DNA of 63,993 nt, filler included, from Gonapodya sp. JEL0774 (taxonomy: Eukaryota), in NCBI GenBank assembly GCA_027604505.1. It is 3 parts of 3 records of this genome, joined end to end, with 100 filler letters (N's around TTAATTAATTAA, not from the genome) between each part and the next. Parts side by side here need not be neighbours in the genome. Positions count along the whole stretch, not along the records: positions 27,090 to 53,866 come from JADIIX010000219.1; positions 53,967 to 63,993 come from JADIIX010000396.1; 1 more part is not named here. The stretch is one strand, 5' to 3'. Numbering within the stretch: position 1 is the stretch's first letter; each line of letters opens with the position of its first letter. Shown piece by piece: positions 50,739 to 62,618 of the stretch. The notes beneath the pieces are model-generated. The model searched no databases. It was not told where the DNA came from and saw only the letters and a list, made by a program, of their open reading frames with translations. The translations under genes and the position numbers were made by a program.

Positions 50739-53547
50739 TTAGGTATCAAAGTCCACCGCATGCAGTAGCTCTGACCCTGGGGTCATTCGCATGCTGAGTC
50801 TTCGTCGCGTCCCGTCCTCGTCATTCTCATCTCCTCCATACAACTCCTCCAACTCCCCCCGTACTCTTTTCCCCACACGCCAGTCTTTGTGGTCTTCCGC
50901 ATTGGTGAGCGCTGCGGCGGCACTCTGGCGGTCCCCAAGAGCACGATAAACTCTTCCCAGGAGAACCCACACTGAGTGCTCCGAGTGAGTATCTTTTAGG
51001 GCATGCAGAATAGGGAGAGCTTCATCGTAGTATCCAAGGCGATAAAGAATGTCGGCGATACGGAATCGGACAACTGGATGTTCCGGTTCTAGCGACTGCG
51101 CTCTTTGGTACCACATGTGGGCATCTCTGAACCGCTCCAACCGTTGTAAGCTCTGTAAAATAATGAAAGTATCATGAGCGTTTGGCTGGATATTAGAACG
51201 TTTATGAGAAAGGACACTACCATGCCGACAAGCATTGCCAATAAGAAATTGGAACTGTTTATGGAGAATGCCTTTTCGTAAAAATATTTGGCGTTCTCGA
51301 ACATGTCCTGCCGAAAGCTCTTCGAAGCAAGGCCATACCTATCTCCGAAAGACATTTTTTGGGTGGCATAAATGTTTGGTAACGTCTTTGAACTACCCAC
51401 CACGCATTGTGATGCCTTGGATCGAGCACAACGGCTTGTCGGAAATACGCTTCTGCTCTGTCATGATCTTCATTGTCCAGACAGGCGTGGCCAGCGAGTG
51501 TGTAAGCCCAAACAAAAAGTGGATCGAGTTGAATGGCCCTTTGAAAACTTCGAATAGCCATGTCATGATCATATTTCATAGAGAAGGTGTTACCAACCGC
51601 GAACCTTGAAGCAAGCAACACCGGGTATCAGTTTTGCGATGATGGCATGTCACACTGCGACAAGAAACTCACCAGGCTACTGGGGACGTACGGTCGAACT
51701 CAACCAGCTCGTGTGAAAGGCAGCTGAGGTCCACCTCTTTCTCAAGCTGCCACAAAACCACGGAATAAGTATCCATACCTTCCAGGCGCCAGGGTTCAAG
51801 TTCTCTGCAGCACACCCGTTGATGAAAGTCCAGCAAAGTTTCCGGAACAAACCTACAAAAGCAAGATTCTGTACCTTGCCAGCCTAAGTTTGGCCTCTGC
51901 GGCATCGTAATCACACTTTTCCGAGAAGCAACGGCCAAGCTACGTGGATCTTCGGAGTCAACGAGTATGCAAGCCGCCAGGAAGATCATTCGCGCACCTC
52001 ACCTGGCATAGAACCCACCCTGAGCGCCGCTGCACATCTACAAGTCCCTCAAATTCGCGAATCGCTTCCTTGAGACGAAACTGACCAAGATGGCTCACTG
52101 CTCGTCCACACTTGCGAATAAGATCCAGTAGGTACCGCAAAGCCCTCAAAGATATATCACGCGGTGATTCGGAGAAGACGCCAGGCTGGGCATTTTCGTC
52201 CTTGTGCACAATGGGCTCATGAACTCGGTGGCATTCACCAGCGAATACGGAAACAGCTCACATTTACTCGCCCAGACAAAGTCCCCGAAGTATTTACAAG
52301 TGTTGCACTTTCAATAATCGACTGCGCTTGTTTCCGCTTTGTCCCGACTACCGGAGTCAATCCCGCTATGGCTTTCCCTCTGGCGGCGATTGTGGCCGAT
52401 CCCGCCCTGGAACTTGCTGCCGAGGGACCACCCACAGAATCTTGCGAAACCCTCAGATTCCGAGACGTTGCGCCCGAATTCGATGTAGCTGCTTCCTAAG
52501 AAGCCATTGTGATTTGATAGCATAGCGTTCAAGTTTTGAAACTGTGTGACATTGCTCCCTCCCTGGAGTGAACTTACCAGTTTAGCCCGTGGATGTGCTA
52601 CTTTCCTATCTTGGCCAATCCTTGATGTAACAGGAGCACGCGACGCTGCGACATTTGTGCTCCGAGTGGTTCGCGTTATAGGCGCAGTATGCTTCGGTAC
52701 GGCTGATTCCTGGTATGCAGGAAAAATTCATTCTTAGGTCAGCTAGCTTTTGTAGCTGACGTAACCTTACCTTCGGCTTTGTTTTGGCGGGTGATTTCGC
52801 CTTCTTTGATGTTGGTAAGACGGGATGTTCGTCGGCCGCGGGCAGAGCACCAATCGAATCGAGAAAAGCTACTGCGGAATCCTCTTGGAATATGTCTGCG
52901 TCGACGTCATCGCCTGTTCACACGAACAGTATTTTGTAAGTTATTTATAATGTTGTGCACGAGTCGTTCATTGGGGACACCACTGTGTGACATACCAAGA
53001 TGACAAAGACCTTCGAAAGCTGTCCACAGGAAAGGACCTTTGGACAGTGCTTCGCGAAAGTGCTCTTTGGCAACGTCAAGACGGCCGGCGGACTTGGCAA
53101 GGAGGCCTTGTAGACAATCCACACTTCCAGCATTTGGAAGATTATCAAGGCGATGCGAGGCAGAGTTACTCAAAGCTCAACGTGAGAGAAACTCTCAGAT
53201 GCAGTCAGCTTGCAAGTACATCGGAGACACTCACGAAATATCATTCCGCGACATGCTTCAGCATAAAGAGACATGGCTTTCTCCGCTTCTGCGAATCGCC
53301 GAAGCTCCTGATAACATCGAGCACGCAATTGAAGAGAAGGACCGTACGTGCTTTTGCCGATTACTTCAATCGCGACGTTCCACTTGTTTAGGTGTGTGTA
53401 AGACAGGGCGACCAAATGTCGCGACTCTTCGGACTTGGGAAAGAAAGCGAAGAGACGCTCAGCGAACCAGAGAGCATTAAGGGGGATCCCAGCATCGATG
53501 GAGTAGAAAATTAGTGATCGAAGAATGCTGAACAGGGAATCAGTCAT
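50739..53547 (-). CDS. CDC27: Anaphase-promoting complex TPR subunit Cdc27/Apc3, multi-exon
   Basis: NALWFAERLFA, PFLWTAFEGLC, LEPWRLEGMDTYSVVLWQL, SPVAW|AVGNTFS, FQRAIQLDPLFVWAYTLAGH, DPRHHNAW. Confidence 0.9.
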
Positions 53548-53866
53548 CGTCTTCGCAGATTTGGTGTCCCGAATGCACGACCTGTGTGCATGGGCCGCGA
53601 GACAGCGCTTTTCGGCGGGATCTCGCTTTAGTTTTTCTCTGTCAATGAATACGTGTCGACATGTGCAAATCGTCCTTTACATATTTACGGGTGTGCTGTG
53701 ATTGGTATTTAGTGACCGTCAGATGCTGTAGAATGCAGCTCAGGTCAGCAGAAACGCCCTCCGGCTCCTCTTCGCTTCCTGGCCATTACCATTGACAGAC
53801 CATAAACTGTCACTGCTCTGACTGTCTGATTGCGCCTGCTTCCGCTTCCCCGGAGTAACAAGGGGC

Positions 53867-53966
53867 NNNNNNNNNNNNNNNNNNNNNNNNNNNNNNNNNN
53901 NNNNNNNNNNTTAATTAATTAANNNNNNNNNNNNNNNNNNNNNNNNNNNNNNNNNNNNNNNNNNNN
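53867..53966. other. Artificial scaffold-joining linker N44-TTAATTAATTAA-N44
   Basis: Same structure as 26990-27089. Confidence 0.97.
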
Positions 53967-54636
53967 TCAACGTCTGATTTTGAGCGACACTGCGCAGGGA
54001 TGGGATTGGGAGCAGTTGGATAGTTGGCGTTGATTGGAAACAATACACTGGAGTGTTTTGTTTCAGGGGGAGTGTGAAGTCTTGGATGATACCATTGGTG
54101 ACACAATAATTTGTGTACACTGGATTTGGACTCCGGAGATGATTTGGGGAAGTGGTTGGATGAGTCATCACTGTGGCCTGGTGTGGCACAGCGGGTCAAA
54201 GTACATATAAACAGCCGATTTTCCCATGTAGTGTGTGTTGTGTGAGAAAAGACAAGTTTGGAGTTCCAACACAGATTGACATACAAGCCTTTTCCCACAA
54301 TCTTTACATTCCTGAGAACAACCAAACTTGACACAGATGAGGACGTCCACTGAACTTGACAGGTTATGAGCCCAGAGCACTGAAGAGTGCTCTATCATAG
54401 GGTTATGGCCCGATCTGGCTGCCTTTCGTCGCACGCTCGTCGCACGTCGCACTTCCCTGAGGAGGAGATGGGATCTACTTCCTCTTTTTTTGAGTATAAG
54501 TTGTACAAATATGAATATGATGGTTGCATCCATAGGTTTCACCATTGATGTTGTGTTGAGCGGAACAACGAAGTTCCACTCCCTCCCTCCCAATCTCTCT
54601 CAATCCCACTCAACACACAATCAATTCGGCGCGTTC

Positions 54637-54672
54637 CGTCGCAAAGCGACAAAAACGGGTCGCTTTGCGACG
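54637..54672. repeat. Perfect 14-bp inverted repeat with an 8-bp asymmetric spacer (loxP/FRT-like geometry)
   Basis: CGTCGCAAAGCGAC-AAAAACGG-GTCGCTTTGCGACG. The repeat is certain; its function is inferred. Confidence 0.9.
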
Positions 54673-54899
54673 AAAGAGAAAGCGGATTTTTGGCAGAGGT
54701 TAGTCGCACGCCTTGTCGACGGAAACCAATTTGCTCGTCATCCCACACATCTCCGACCCTCCAGACCACGAATTTCTCGTGATCGCGTCTACGAGCGGCA
54801 CGTTTCGTGTGCAGCGCTGACCCTCCGTCTCCCTCAATCACGTGTTCGCGACGCATCATTTTGCGAGTCTGACAGCTCGCAAATCGCCAGTCTCACCGC

Positions 54900-55720
54900 T
54901 TTCATGGGTATCACGGATTGTGCTTCCCTGCAATAACCTCAAGGCGAGTTCGGGGCTGGGGGGAGAGTGGTGGGTGGACCTGGAGGGGAGTAAGACGGGG
55001 AATCCATCGGGACAAACCGGAGTCCGCGCTGGGTCGGGAGCGGCGATGGGCGCCGAGCTCGGTGTGTGCGAGGCACTGCAAAACTGAGGCAAGTGTTGGT
55101 TGTCAGGGGTACGGACTGCGTGGAAGCCATGGGTTGCAGACCCATTCGGTATACCGACAAGGTGAAGATGCTTGCGGTTGAGCGCACACTCGCCTTTTCG
55201 ACCTCGCAAAGGACCAGAAACAATGAAGTGAAATGCGTAGGCAAGTCTCTTGTGAGGCGAGTGTAGGGGGCTGGAAGTTTCATGGAGGATCCATCATTCT
55301 AACTTCTCGCAATTGTGCTCAGTATTTCGAGGACAGTGGCGCAGGTAGCACGGTGGTGACCCCTGGCATGAGAGATGCAGAAGCAAACAAGCTGTACGGA
55401 TCACAAAACGTGCGGTGCGAAGTCTGGGTGTGGAAGTTTAGTCACCCGGGTTGGAACCGCAACGTTTATCCTGGCGGAAAAGACACAATCCCCCGCGGCC
55501 CCGCCTCCTCAGAATCAGCAATGAGGGTCCTGCTAGCTCCTCCACACCCACCCCACTCTGGCTCCATCTCAAGCGTGACCTGGATGTTGACTCGACTTGT
55601 CCTACCCACCCCGGTTTGTAAATGATACAGCGTAACAGCAGCTCATGGAAAGGAATGGGGACAGGAACGGAAGCTGTGATGGGAGATGGGCCATCAGAAT
55701 TTTCATCTGCGACCTGGACC
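54900..55720 (+). pseudogene. Possible degenerate tyrosine-recombinase relic
   Basis: Fragments in different frames: GEWWVDLEGSKTGNPS (compare TWDATKKTGNPAYS in the intact YR) and TLAFSTSQRTRNNEV (Box-I-like). No clear HxxR found. Confidence 0.3.
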
Positions 55721-56071
55721 ACATTTTGTTACAGATCAGGTGTAATCGGAGAAAACATCATGTAGTTAATGTATACAATTAGCAAAGGGAAACTTATGCA
55801 ATCACTAAAAGGAGAATTTAAGAGTGTTCCGAGCATTCAGCATTCGGCCCCAAAAGCAGCGAAATCAAATATCGCGTCAAAGTCCAAATCCACGTCCGTT
55901 CGTTCAAAAGAGCCCCAGAAGGGTGTCAGATCATTAGTCAATCTCGCAGCACAGTTCCCGTTGTCTTTTAGTGTTGTGTCACATACGGTCCCCTGAGTTC
56001 GTACAACAGATTGTGCTCCCGAAACTTTAAGAAAGAGCGCAGATTAATAAAACGACACTCCGAAGCAAACC

Positions 56072-57354
56072 TTAAGCACCTACCCTGGGAGGAATACAGA
56101 AGCTGATGTTGAGATGGCGAAGGAACCTCTGGGTGCTCAGCTTTGATCGAAATTCGTCAAACTTCCTGTTCGAACGCTGCAAACAACACTCACAGCAAGC
56201 AATTGACGCGAGCATCAAACTCCGTTGCACCGTTTCTTTCCTCCACTTGTATCCCTTCCACGAACCCCTGAGATACTGGTCCACACTTTTGCCGGCTGAG
56301 TCCATCTGTGCGACACGGCGGCTTGCCTCAGTTTTGATCGCTTCAGCTTCTTCTGGTTTCAATCGGGGAAGCCACTTCTTTTTCAGTGATGTCACAAAGT
56401 TCTGAATCCGCTCCATTGGACACGCTCCGGTGCGGAAGTTGACATTCAGTCCGTGTTGGTGGAGGAAGTATTCGATCTCAACATTTGTTGGCCCCACACC
56501 CCGCTTCATTGCGACAATTTCCATGAATATTGCCGCTTCCTTCAGTTGATTTTGCTCACGGGGTTCCGGAACTCTGTAGATGGTGGAGTTTGCCGGGACG
56601 ACTGCGCGGAGCTGCTCAGATGTGAAACCGTAGGTCCATTCTCCGTTTAAATCAACCGCTCTCCAAATTTCACCAAGAGGAGCAATCCGTCCCGTGCATT
56701 GTCCCTTCTGGCGCCGGTGGTATAGAGCTGATTTCGTTCGCTCCCTGAGTGCTGATCGTTCTGACTCCGCCTGAATAGTCGCAAAGTGAATCTGAATGGA
56801 ATTGTCGAATCCATTCTTGGTAAGAGGTCCAAATGAGTAGTCAAATTGAGACGAGATGTAAAGGCCTTTGCCAGCGTCTCCCAGTCGAGTTTTCAAAGCA
56901 AAAAAGACGCCGGCATCCCGAGACACCCTGTTCAGACGGTAAACACCCACGCCAATCAGTTGACCAGTTTTTCCGTCCTCGTCCTGCACCATTTGCCGTC
57001 GTTCACGTCGCCCATTCCGATCCTCCCCGCACACAAGCCTCAAGCAGTCTTCAAGTCCAGAACGGTCCGTTTTCCCATATCCAGGTCGAGAGGCGCCACT
57101 CTTGAGGTCTTGATAGAAGGTTGAATAGACACCAAATCCTTTGACTTTGAGCTCGCGCCGAATATGGTCAAACTAGATGGCATGGGACAGTTCGTCGACC
57201 ACGATTGTGCTCAGTATAGAGCAACTCTCCGGTGGTCAAAGGTGGTCAAAGAGAAAACACTGACCTGAACCTCTATGGACACGTTTTCCTTCTTCTCCTG
57301 TGACATGCGGGCGTACATGACGACGATGGGATGGACAGTGGAGAGGGTGTTCAT
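56072..57354 (-). CDS. Serine recombinase (resolvase/invertase-family catalytic domain plus C-terminal extension), ~396 aa, with a spliceosomal intron at 57173-57264
   Basis: Exon 1 (57265-57354) MNTLSTVHPIVVMYARMSQEKKENVSIEVQ; 92-nt GTCAGT...CTAG intron; exon 2 is in frame with ORF 56072..57043: YQDLKSGASR, DRSGLEDCL, VYRLNRVSRD, QAESERSALRERTKSAL, GQCTGRIAPLG. Confidence 0.85.
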
Positions 57355-57856
57355 GGTTGCGGGTCGTTCGGGAGTCTGCAGAGTTGAAATGGGGGAGCAA
57401 AATGGCCGTCACCGAGCGTGTAGGTCACAAACTGAACGGAGAATGGAAGGAGACCATCAAAGCCCATTCAAATGGCACGTGATGGGTGTCCGTTGCCAGC
57501 GAAACAACTCCTCACCTCTTCCTGCCCAACTTGGATCGAGACCAAAATGGACTGCTACCCGCGTGAGGAATTCCCGGATGAATTTTCGGAGAATGATTTC
57601 CAGCTGCAACCGAGCGGTTGAAGTCGGAAACCGGGATGCCCTGAGACCCTCGCTCTCCATGCGTGACTGTGACACGGGTCAAGACCTGATGAGTGGGCGC
57701 TACACATTGTCTTTCATTGATGATAGAGATACGAATTTGACGGAGGTGGACACGAGTCTCGTTTGTGAGTGATTGGTGTTCGGTTTTGGGTTGGATATGT
57801 GTGTGCTCGAGTGTTCCCCTACTCCCACAGCTTGACCGTGCGAATCCGACTCCAAC

Positions 57857-59582
57857 ATGTCGTCCAAGAGATCCGCGCCCACGACACAAAAGATCGCTAA
57901 GAGCAAGCTAGAGAAACGGAAAGCGGCAGTGCTGGATGTCGACAGCGGCGGGAGTGTTCTGGAAGTGGTGGCGAGGATTCCACAGGATCTTGGAATGGTC
58001 GACTTCCGGCGGCAGCAGCTTGGGGCACAGTTTGGATATGACAATCCGAGTCGGATCCTCCCAATGACTCGTACCCTGGAGATGTTGCCGGGGGCCAAAC
58101 GGGTGCTGCCAGACGTGAACAACAAGGAGTTCAAGGATGGAGGAGGAGCACCATTGACCCGGTTCCCCGAATTGCTCGGCATAGGCGAAAACCAGATGTC
58201 GCTTATCTCCAAGCCGGGAGAGTTCAAGTCTCGGGAAGCTCTGGTAACGCTGGCCGACTCGTTGGAGACGCTTTTGCAGGGATCGAGCAACGTTCTCACG
58301 GATTCGGAGGCTGCTCGCCGAGTTATTCAGGATCTCCGGTACGACAATAGACTCAAATCTAAGCGGAAACAAGTGCTCTTATCAATGTTCTCCTTCTTAG
58401 CACCACCATTTCGAAAGGGAATGCGAGCACCGTCGCCCCGAGTCCCCCCACCGACGTTACATCTTCGCATGGTACCCATTTGCGCAGCTTTCTGGCGGAT
58501 TCTCAACATCTGCTGGCAGGTAGCTCCAATGGCCAGCTGGTAGTTCTTTCCCCTCCTACTCCCTCACCAGCACCTCGCTGGGGTAATGCCTGTTCACAGT
58601 ATGATCAATTGGTGCCTCCGATACAAATCCCAATTGAGAGCACCAGAAGCACTAGGCAATCTATGGGGGCAAGCACTTGGAACCTGACGAGCCCATGGGG
58701 CAGTGGAGACTTTCGAGTGGAAGGTGTCGCAATCTGCATACTCCGATGCCAGTCTCCACACCTTCTCCAACGCGGCATCTGCTTTCTTCTTCTTTTAATC
58801 GACCAGTCGACTCCCTGTGCTTTCACCCCCCGTCGTCACCCACTTCCCTGGGTCGCTATCATAGTCGTGGAAACGATGACGTTGACTTGGGATCTCAACT
58901 TCCACGCAGATTTCTCTCCGATGCACAAATACAGCACGGCCATCAAGCTGCTAATCTGCTTCACTCTATTACTTCACCCGATCACACCACTACCTTTGAT
59001 GTCGTCACACTGGCGGACTCTGTAGTATCTTCCCCACCGGTACCACAGTTGCAAGTCAAACCGGTGGCAACAGCCGGCTCCTCTGTTTCAATTGCGGCTA
59101 GAGCGGCACCTGCATCAGCTGGTGCACCCCGATCAGGGACTGAACTGGCGACACCAAAAATAAAGCTATACGTTCGGAAGGCCGACCTGCGCCGAGGGGA
59201 GCAGTACGCAGGTGCTGGTGGCAAGAGCGACTTTGTAACGTGGAAATGGGACGTCCGGAAACTCCAAGCTCAGTGGGAACGGGGTGAAGGGCTGACGGCA
59301 CCGGGTTTTGTGCTCATGTATCCGCCTCGCGTTCTTCATGCTGCACGTCGGGCCCAAAGGTGCAAGGAGCTGGATATTTGTGCGGCTCATGTTGACTACT
59401 TGAAGGAGTTGAACGTTCAATGCACTTCATGGGTCAAGAATCTGACGAAGTACGGGAAGCTGTACGAGGGTCTGAAACTGTGCGGATTTGATACGCTGAT
59501 CTTCCAAGAGAAATTCGGCTCAAAGTTTAATGAAGCCTTGGAGAAGGTGCAGGAGCATTTGGGCAGAATGAACAATCAGTGA
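57857..59582 (+). CDS. Hypothetical protein (probably spliced), basic N-terminus; C-terminus weakly resembles GCR1_C-like DNA-binding domains
   Basis: ORFs 57857..58543 and 58677..59582 in tandem on the + strand; NLS-like KIAKSKLEKRK; WDVRKLQAQWERGEGL...WVKNLTKYGKLY...FQEKFG. Confidence 0.5.
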
Positions 59583-59806
59583 GGGTTTGGGGCGCTGATT
59601 CCTCCGCAGCATACGCAAGTACGTTACACATACGTACAAACAAACGAACATTCAATAAATTGTGGAATTTGTTATATTACATTCTGAAATGTTTAAAAGT
59701 TAGAATACATTTACAAATGACAACCCTACGGCAAAGACAACAGTTCACAGATGATTGAGTATTGAAGAAGCAAATTTCAAGTTCATAGACCAGACTACCT
59801 CCACCT

Positions 59807-62355
59807 TCAAATTCCGTATCCACGGGTGGTAAGTGCCTGCCGAGCCCTCTTCGCAGCTGTCTCTGGAATGAAAGCCGCTTGACCACCAAAGTCCGGGTCC
59901 ACAGAGTCCCATGAATACACATACGCCGCAGGGTCAAATCCATACATACGAACTGCGGCAGTTCGGAGGTCGCCAGCATCCTTGATGTACAGATAGAAAT
60001 TGGTGGTCCTACAAACCAGCATATAAATGAAGTGACAAAACGAAGGAGATTTTTGGTAACGGGTAGAGGAGGTATTAAGACGGAGAAGCTCAAATAACTC
60101 ACGTACGGTGGCGGCTGAGCTTGTTCATAATATCGGCAGAGGTAAAGTTCGCAACTCCTTCCATTCGAGCCCTCTCAGCCAAGACAATGCCTTGTGGGCA
60201 CAATCGAGTCAAGTTGCAATGGCATGACATCAGGAAACAAAAGAAGGCCAGACACACAAGACGCACCAGTTCGGCGGCAGCTGTGCATCCTAAAATTCAC
60301 ACCTGAAACAGACCCCAAAACCTCATCATCGGGGTCCTCTTCTTCGACATCAGCAGCACCGTCGACAGTCAGATCTTCCTCGGTATCCAGATCATCCGGA
60401 AATTGATTGATTCCTTCATCTGGAGTGTACTCCTCTTCGATTTCCAAGCCACCAACAACATCCTCGTCAGCCATTCCTTCAGAGCCTGCTTCTAGTGACA
60501 CCACCTTGACAGTCCGCCTTGTAAAAGGATCGGGGACACCATTCACCACATTTGCCATTTTGACCATGGCATCTTTGAAAACCTTCTTGCTCGAGTGCTT
60601 CTCGGGGTTGAGTTTGTCAGAGGTAGATGCACGAGTATAGGAAGGGAACACCCAAGGCGAGTTGCAGTTTCGGGTAAGGGCCAGAAACTGTGTAAACTGA
60701 GTGGAGGGGCACAGCTCAGGGAGAACACCAAGGTTGAAGTGAACAATCTTCTCGTAGTCTTGATGAGAGAAAAAGAGACCCGGAGCGGTGAGAAGTTTAC
60801 ATGACTTTCAAATAACGATACTTACATCCAACTTCCGTCTTGTCACTCCCAAATCCAATGATGATATAAGAAGGTATGTCAGTTCCAGGGTACGGAGGAC
60901 CAAAGGTGAGGTTGCTTCGCTTGATGGACATGATTGCGCTTGCTCGACTCGCAGTGAAAATAGACAACAAAATCTGTGTATGAAGCCATTGAGTAACCCA
61001 TGCTGCTGAACAAAAGTGGGGAACCAACTCACAATTGTGTAATACATCGAATGCAGAATCGGACGACCAGCACGTTCCCCTTCGACGCAGTATCCATAAA
61101 ACTGAATGATGTCGTGGATGCCAATGATCGGGGCATGTCGTTCCATGCCGCCATCCGCTTGATATTCCTTTGTTAAGCGAGAAATGAGGCCCTTCGAAGG
61201 ATAATTGAGTGCGAAAGTACGCATCATATGTTAGAGCAGATGAGAATCCAGAGTGAACGGGGAATTCAAACAAGAGCAAACCTTCACTTCTGGAGAGTAC
61301 GCCGGGTTGCCTGTTTTCTTAGCTACGAAAAGAGGAACAGTTTTTGACAAAGTTCCACTTGATCAGTTCCCGCACATCAAAACAAACCAACTCACTAGCA
61401 TCCCACGTCTTCGTACCTCCAAGCATTTCGTACAGCCAGGAAACAGCCCAGCGCTCTTGTTTGGCGATAGAGAGGGACAGCCCACGCGTTGGAATACCAG
61501 CGGGGACGTTTCGGGTATCTGTGACGGCAAACGGCAGAAGAGTTACACAGGATACACAATGAAAGAGTGAGGATTAAGACTGGAGCAACACCTACTTGGC
61601 ACCCCATTTGAGAGCTCGGGTGTATTCGTAGGAATGCCAGTGTGCGCTTCGAGATACTTGCGGGAGCAATTGACCGTCATCGACACCAACATCATTGACT
61701 GTACCTCCCTGTCAAATCCTTCATCACCAATGAGCGGAACCTGAACGCCAATAACACCCCGGAGGGCTTCCATGTTGACGAGTCGGTTGCAGTATCTTGG
61801 AAGGGAGAGACACAGTTGATTGATACGTGTCACCATAATACTGAAACCATCCAAAAGTGACTTACATGTACATAGTAGAGGCCGCCTTTTTGCCTGCGAT
61901 AGATTTTGTGACCGCGTGCTGAAGTAGGGTGTCAAAATCATACAGCGGGGACGAGTCAACACCAGCTGTCGAGCTGGAAGCATGAGTCTTTAGAGCAGTA
62001 CGAAGTCTCATCAACAAGTTTCACATGAAATGTCAACGGCCCGCACGAGCAACGAACTCACTGATCCAAACGATTGTCGCAAACCTCGCTTCAAAGCCAG
62101 AGCTTGTCGAACGAGTACAGAGAGGGCGGGTGGACTCTTTTTCCGAGGTGGGGAAACGAGAGATGGGAGATCGCCAGGCTCAGAGCCAAGAACGATCACA
62201 GGAGCTGTCGCCCGAGCAGGGTGGAGCGGATGCAGTTTCTGGAAAACATCCGTCCCGAGCTCAGCGTAGGTTGATACGAGTCCCCGCGGCACGTGGTTTT
62301 GCAGCCGAGAGACTTCCTCCAATGAGGCGGAGAAATCGTAGCCACGAATCGCCAT
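59807..62355 (-). CDS. Tyrosine recombinase (Crypton-like), ~9 exons, catalytic residues intact
   Basis: Spliced: ...KKTGNPAYSPEVK|GLISRL...MYYTI|ILLSIFTASRASAIMSIKRSNL (R, 60944) ...GSDKT (K, ~60840) ...LCPSTQF...WVFP...FRMHSCRRT|G (HxxR, 60274-60285) ...LSRHRT| (H, 60108) TTNFYLYIKDA (Y, 59987). The introns checked are GT-AG and keep the frame. Confidence 0.85.
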
Positions 62356-62570
62356 GGTGTTGCTTGTCGGCGTTTGCGGTGGAGGGGGCTTGATAGGCGG
62401 AGGCAGCGAGGTAGGAACAGGACGAGCAGAGGAGGGAGCTCGATTTGTCGCAGTTTTACGCATCTGTTGAATTTTCGATGCAATATGTGACGTGCGACGA
62501 ATGCTATTACATACGTGGGGGGATGGGAGGGTGGGGAGTGGCTTTGGTCCTGCCGTGGGACCGTGCAACA

Positions 62571-62618
62571 CTCTCCCTCTCTCCCTCTGTCTCTCTCACA
62601 CCTCTCTCTCTCTCTCTC
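62571..62618 (+). repeat. Imperfect (CT)n microsatellite
   Basis: ctctccctctctccctctgtctctctcacacctctctctctctctctc. Confidence 0.85.

Noticed and set aside
53967..54420. Cys-containing minus-strand frames (CSQECKDCGK)
   Set aside because: Might be a decayed zinc-finger or retroelement fragment, but the motif is incomplete and interrupted by stops.
57231..57250. GGTGGTCAAA tandem duplication in the serine recombinase intron
   Set aside because: A short slippage-type duplication with no evidence of function.
56072..57354. Interpretation as an IS607/Fanzor (TnpA+TnpB) element
   Set aside because: No N-terminal HTH before the catalytic domain and no RuvC/TnpB-like ORF recognised nearby.
59807..62355. 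Interpretation as a DIRS/Ngaro retroelement or a Starship captain
   Set aside because: No RT/RNase H or split repeats seen, and DUF3435 membership cannot be established by eye; left as Crypton-like.
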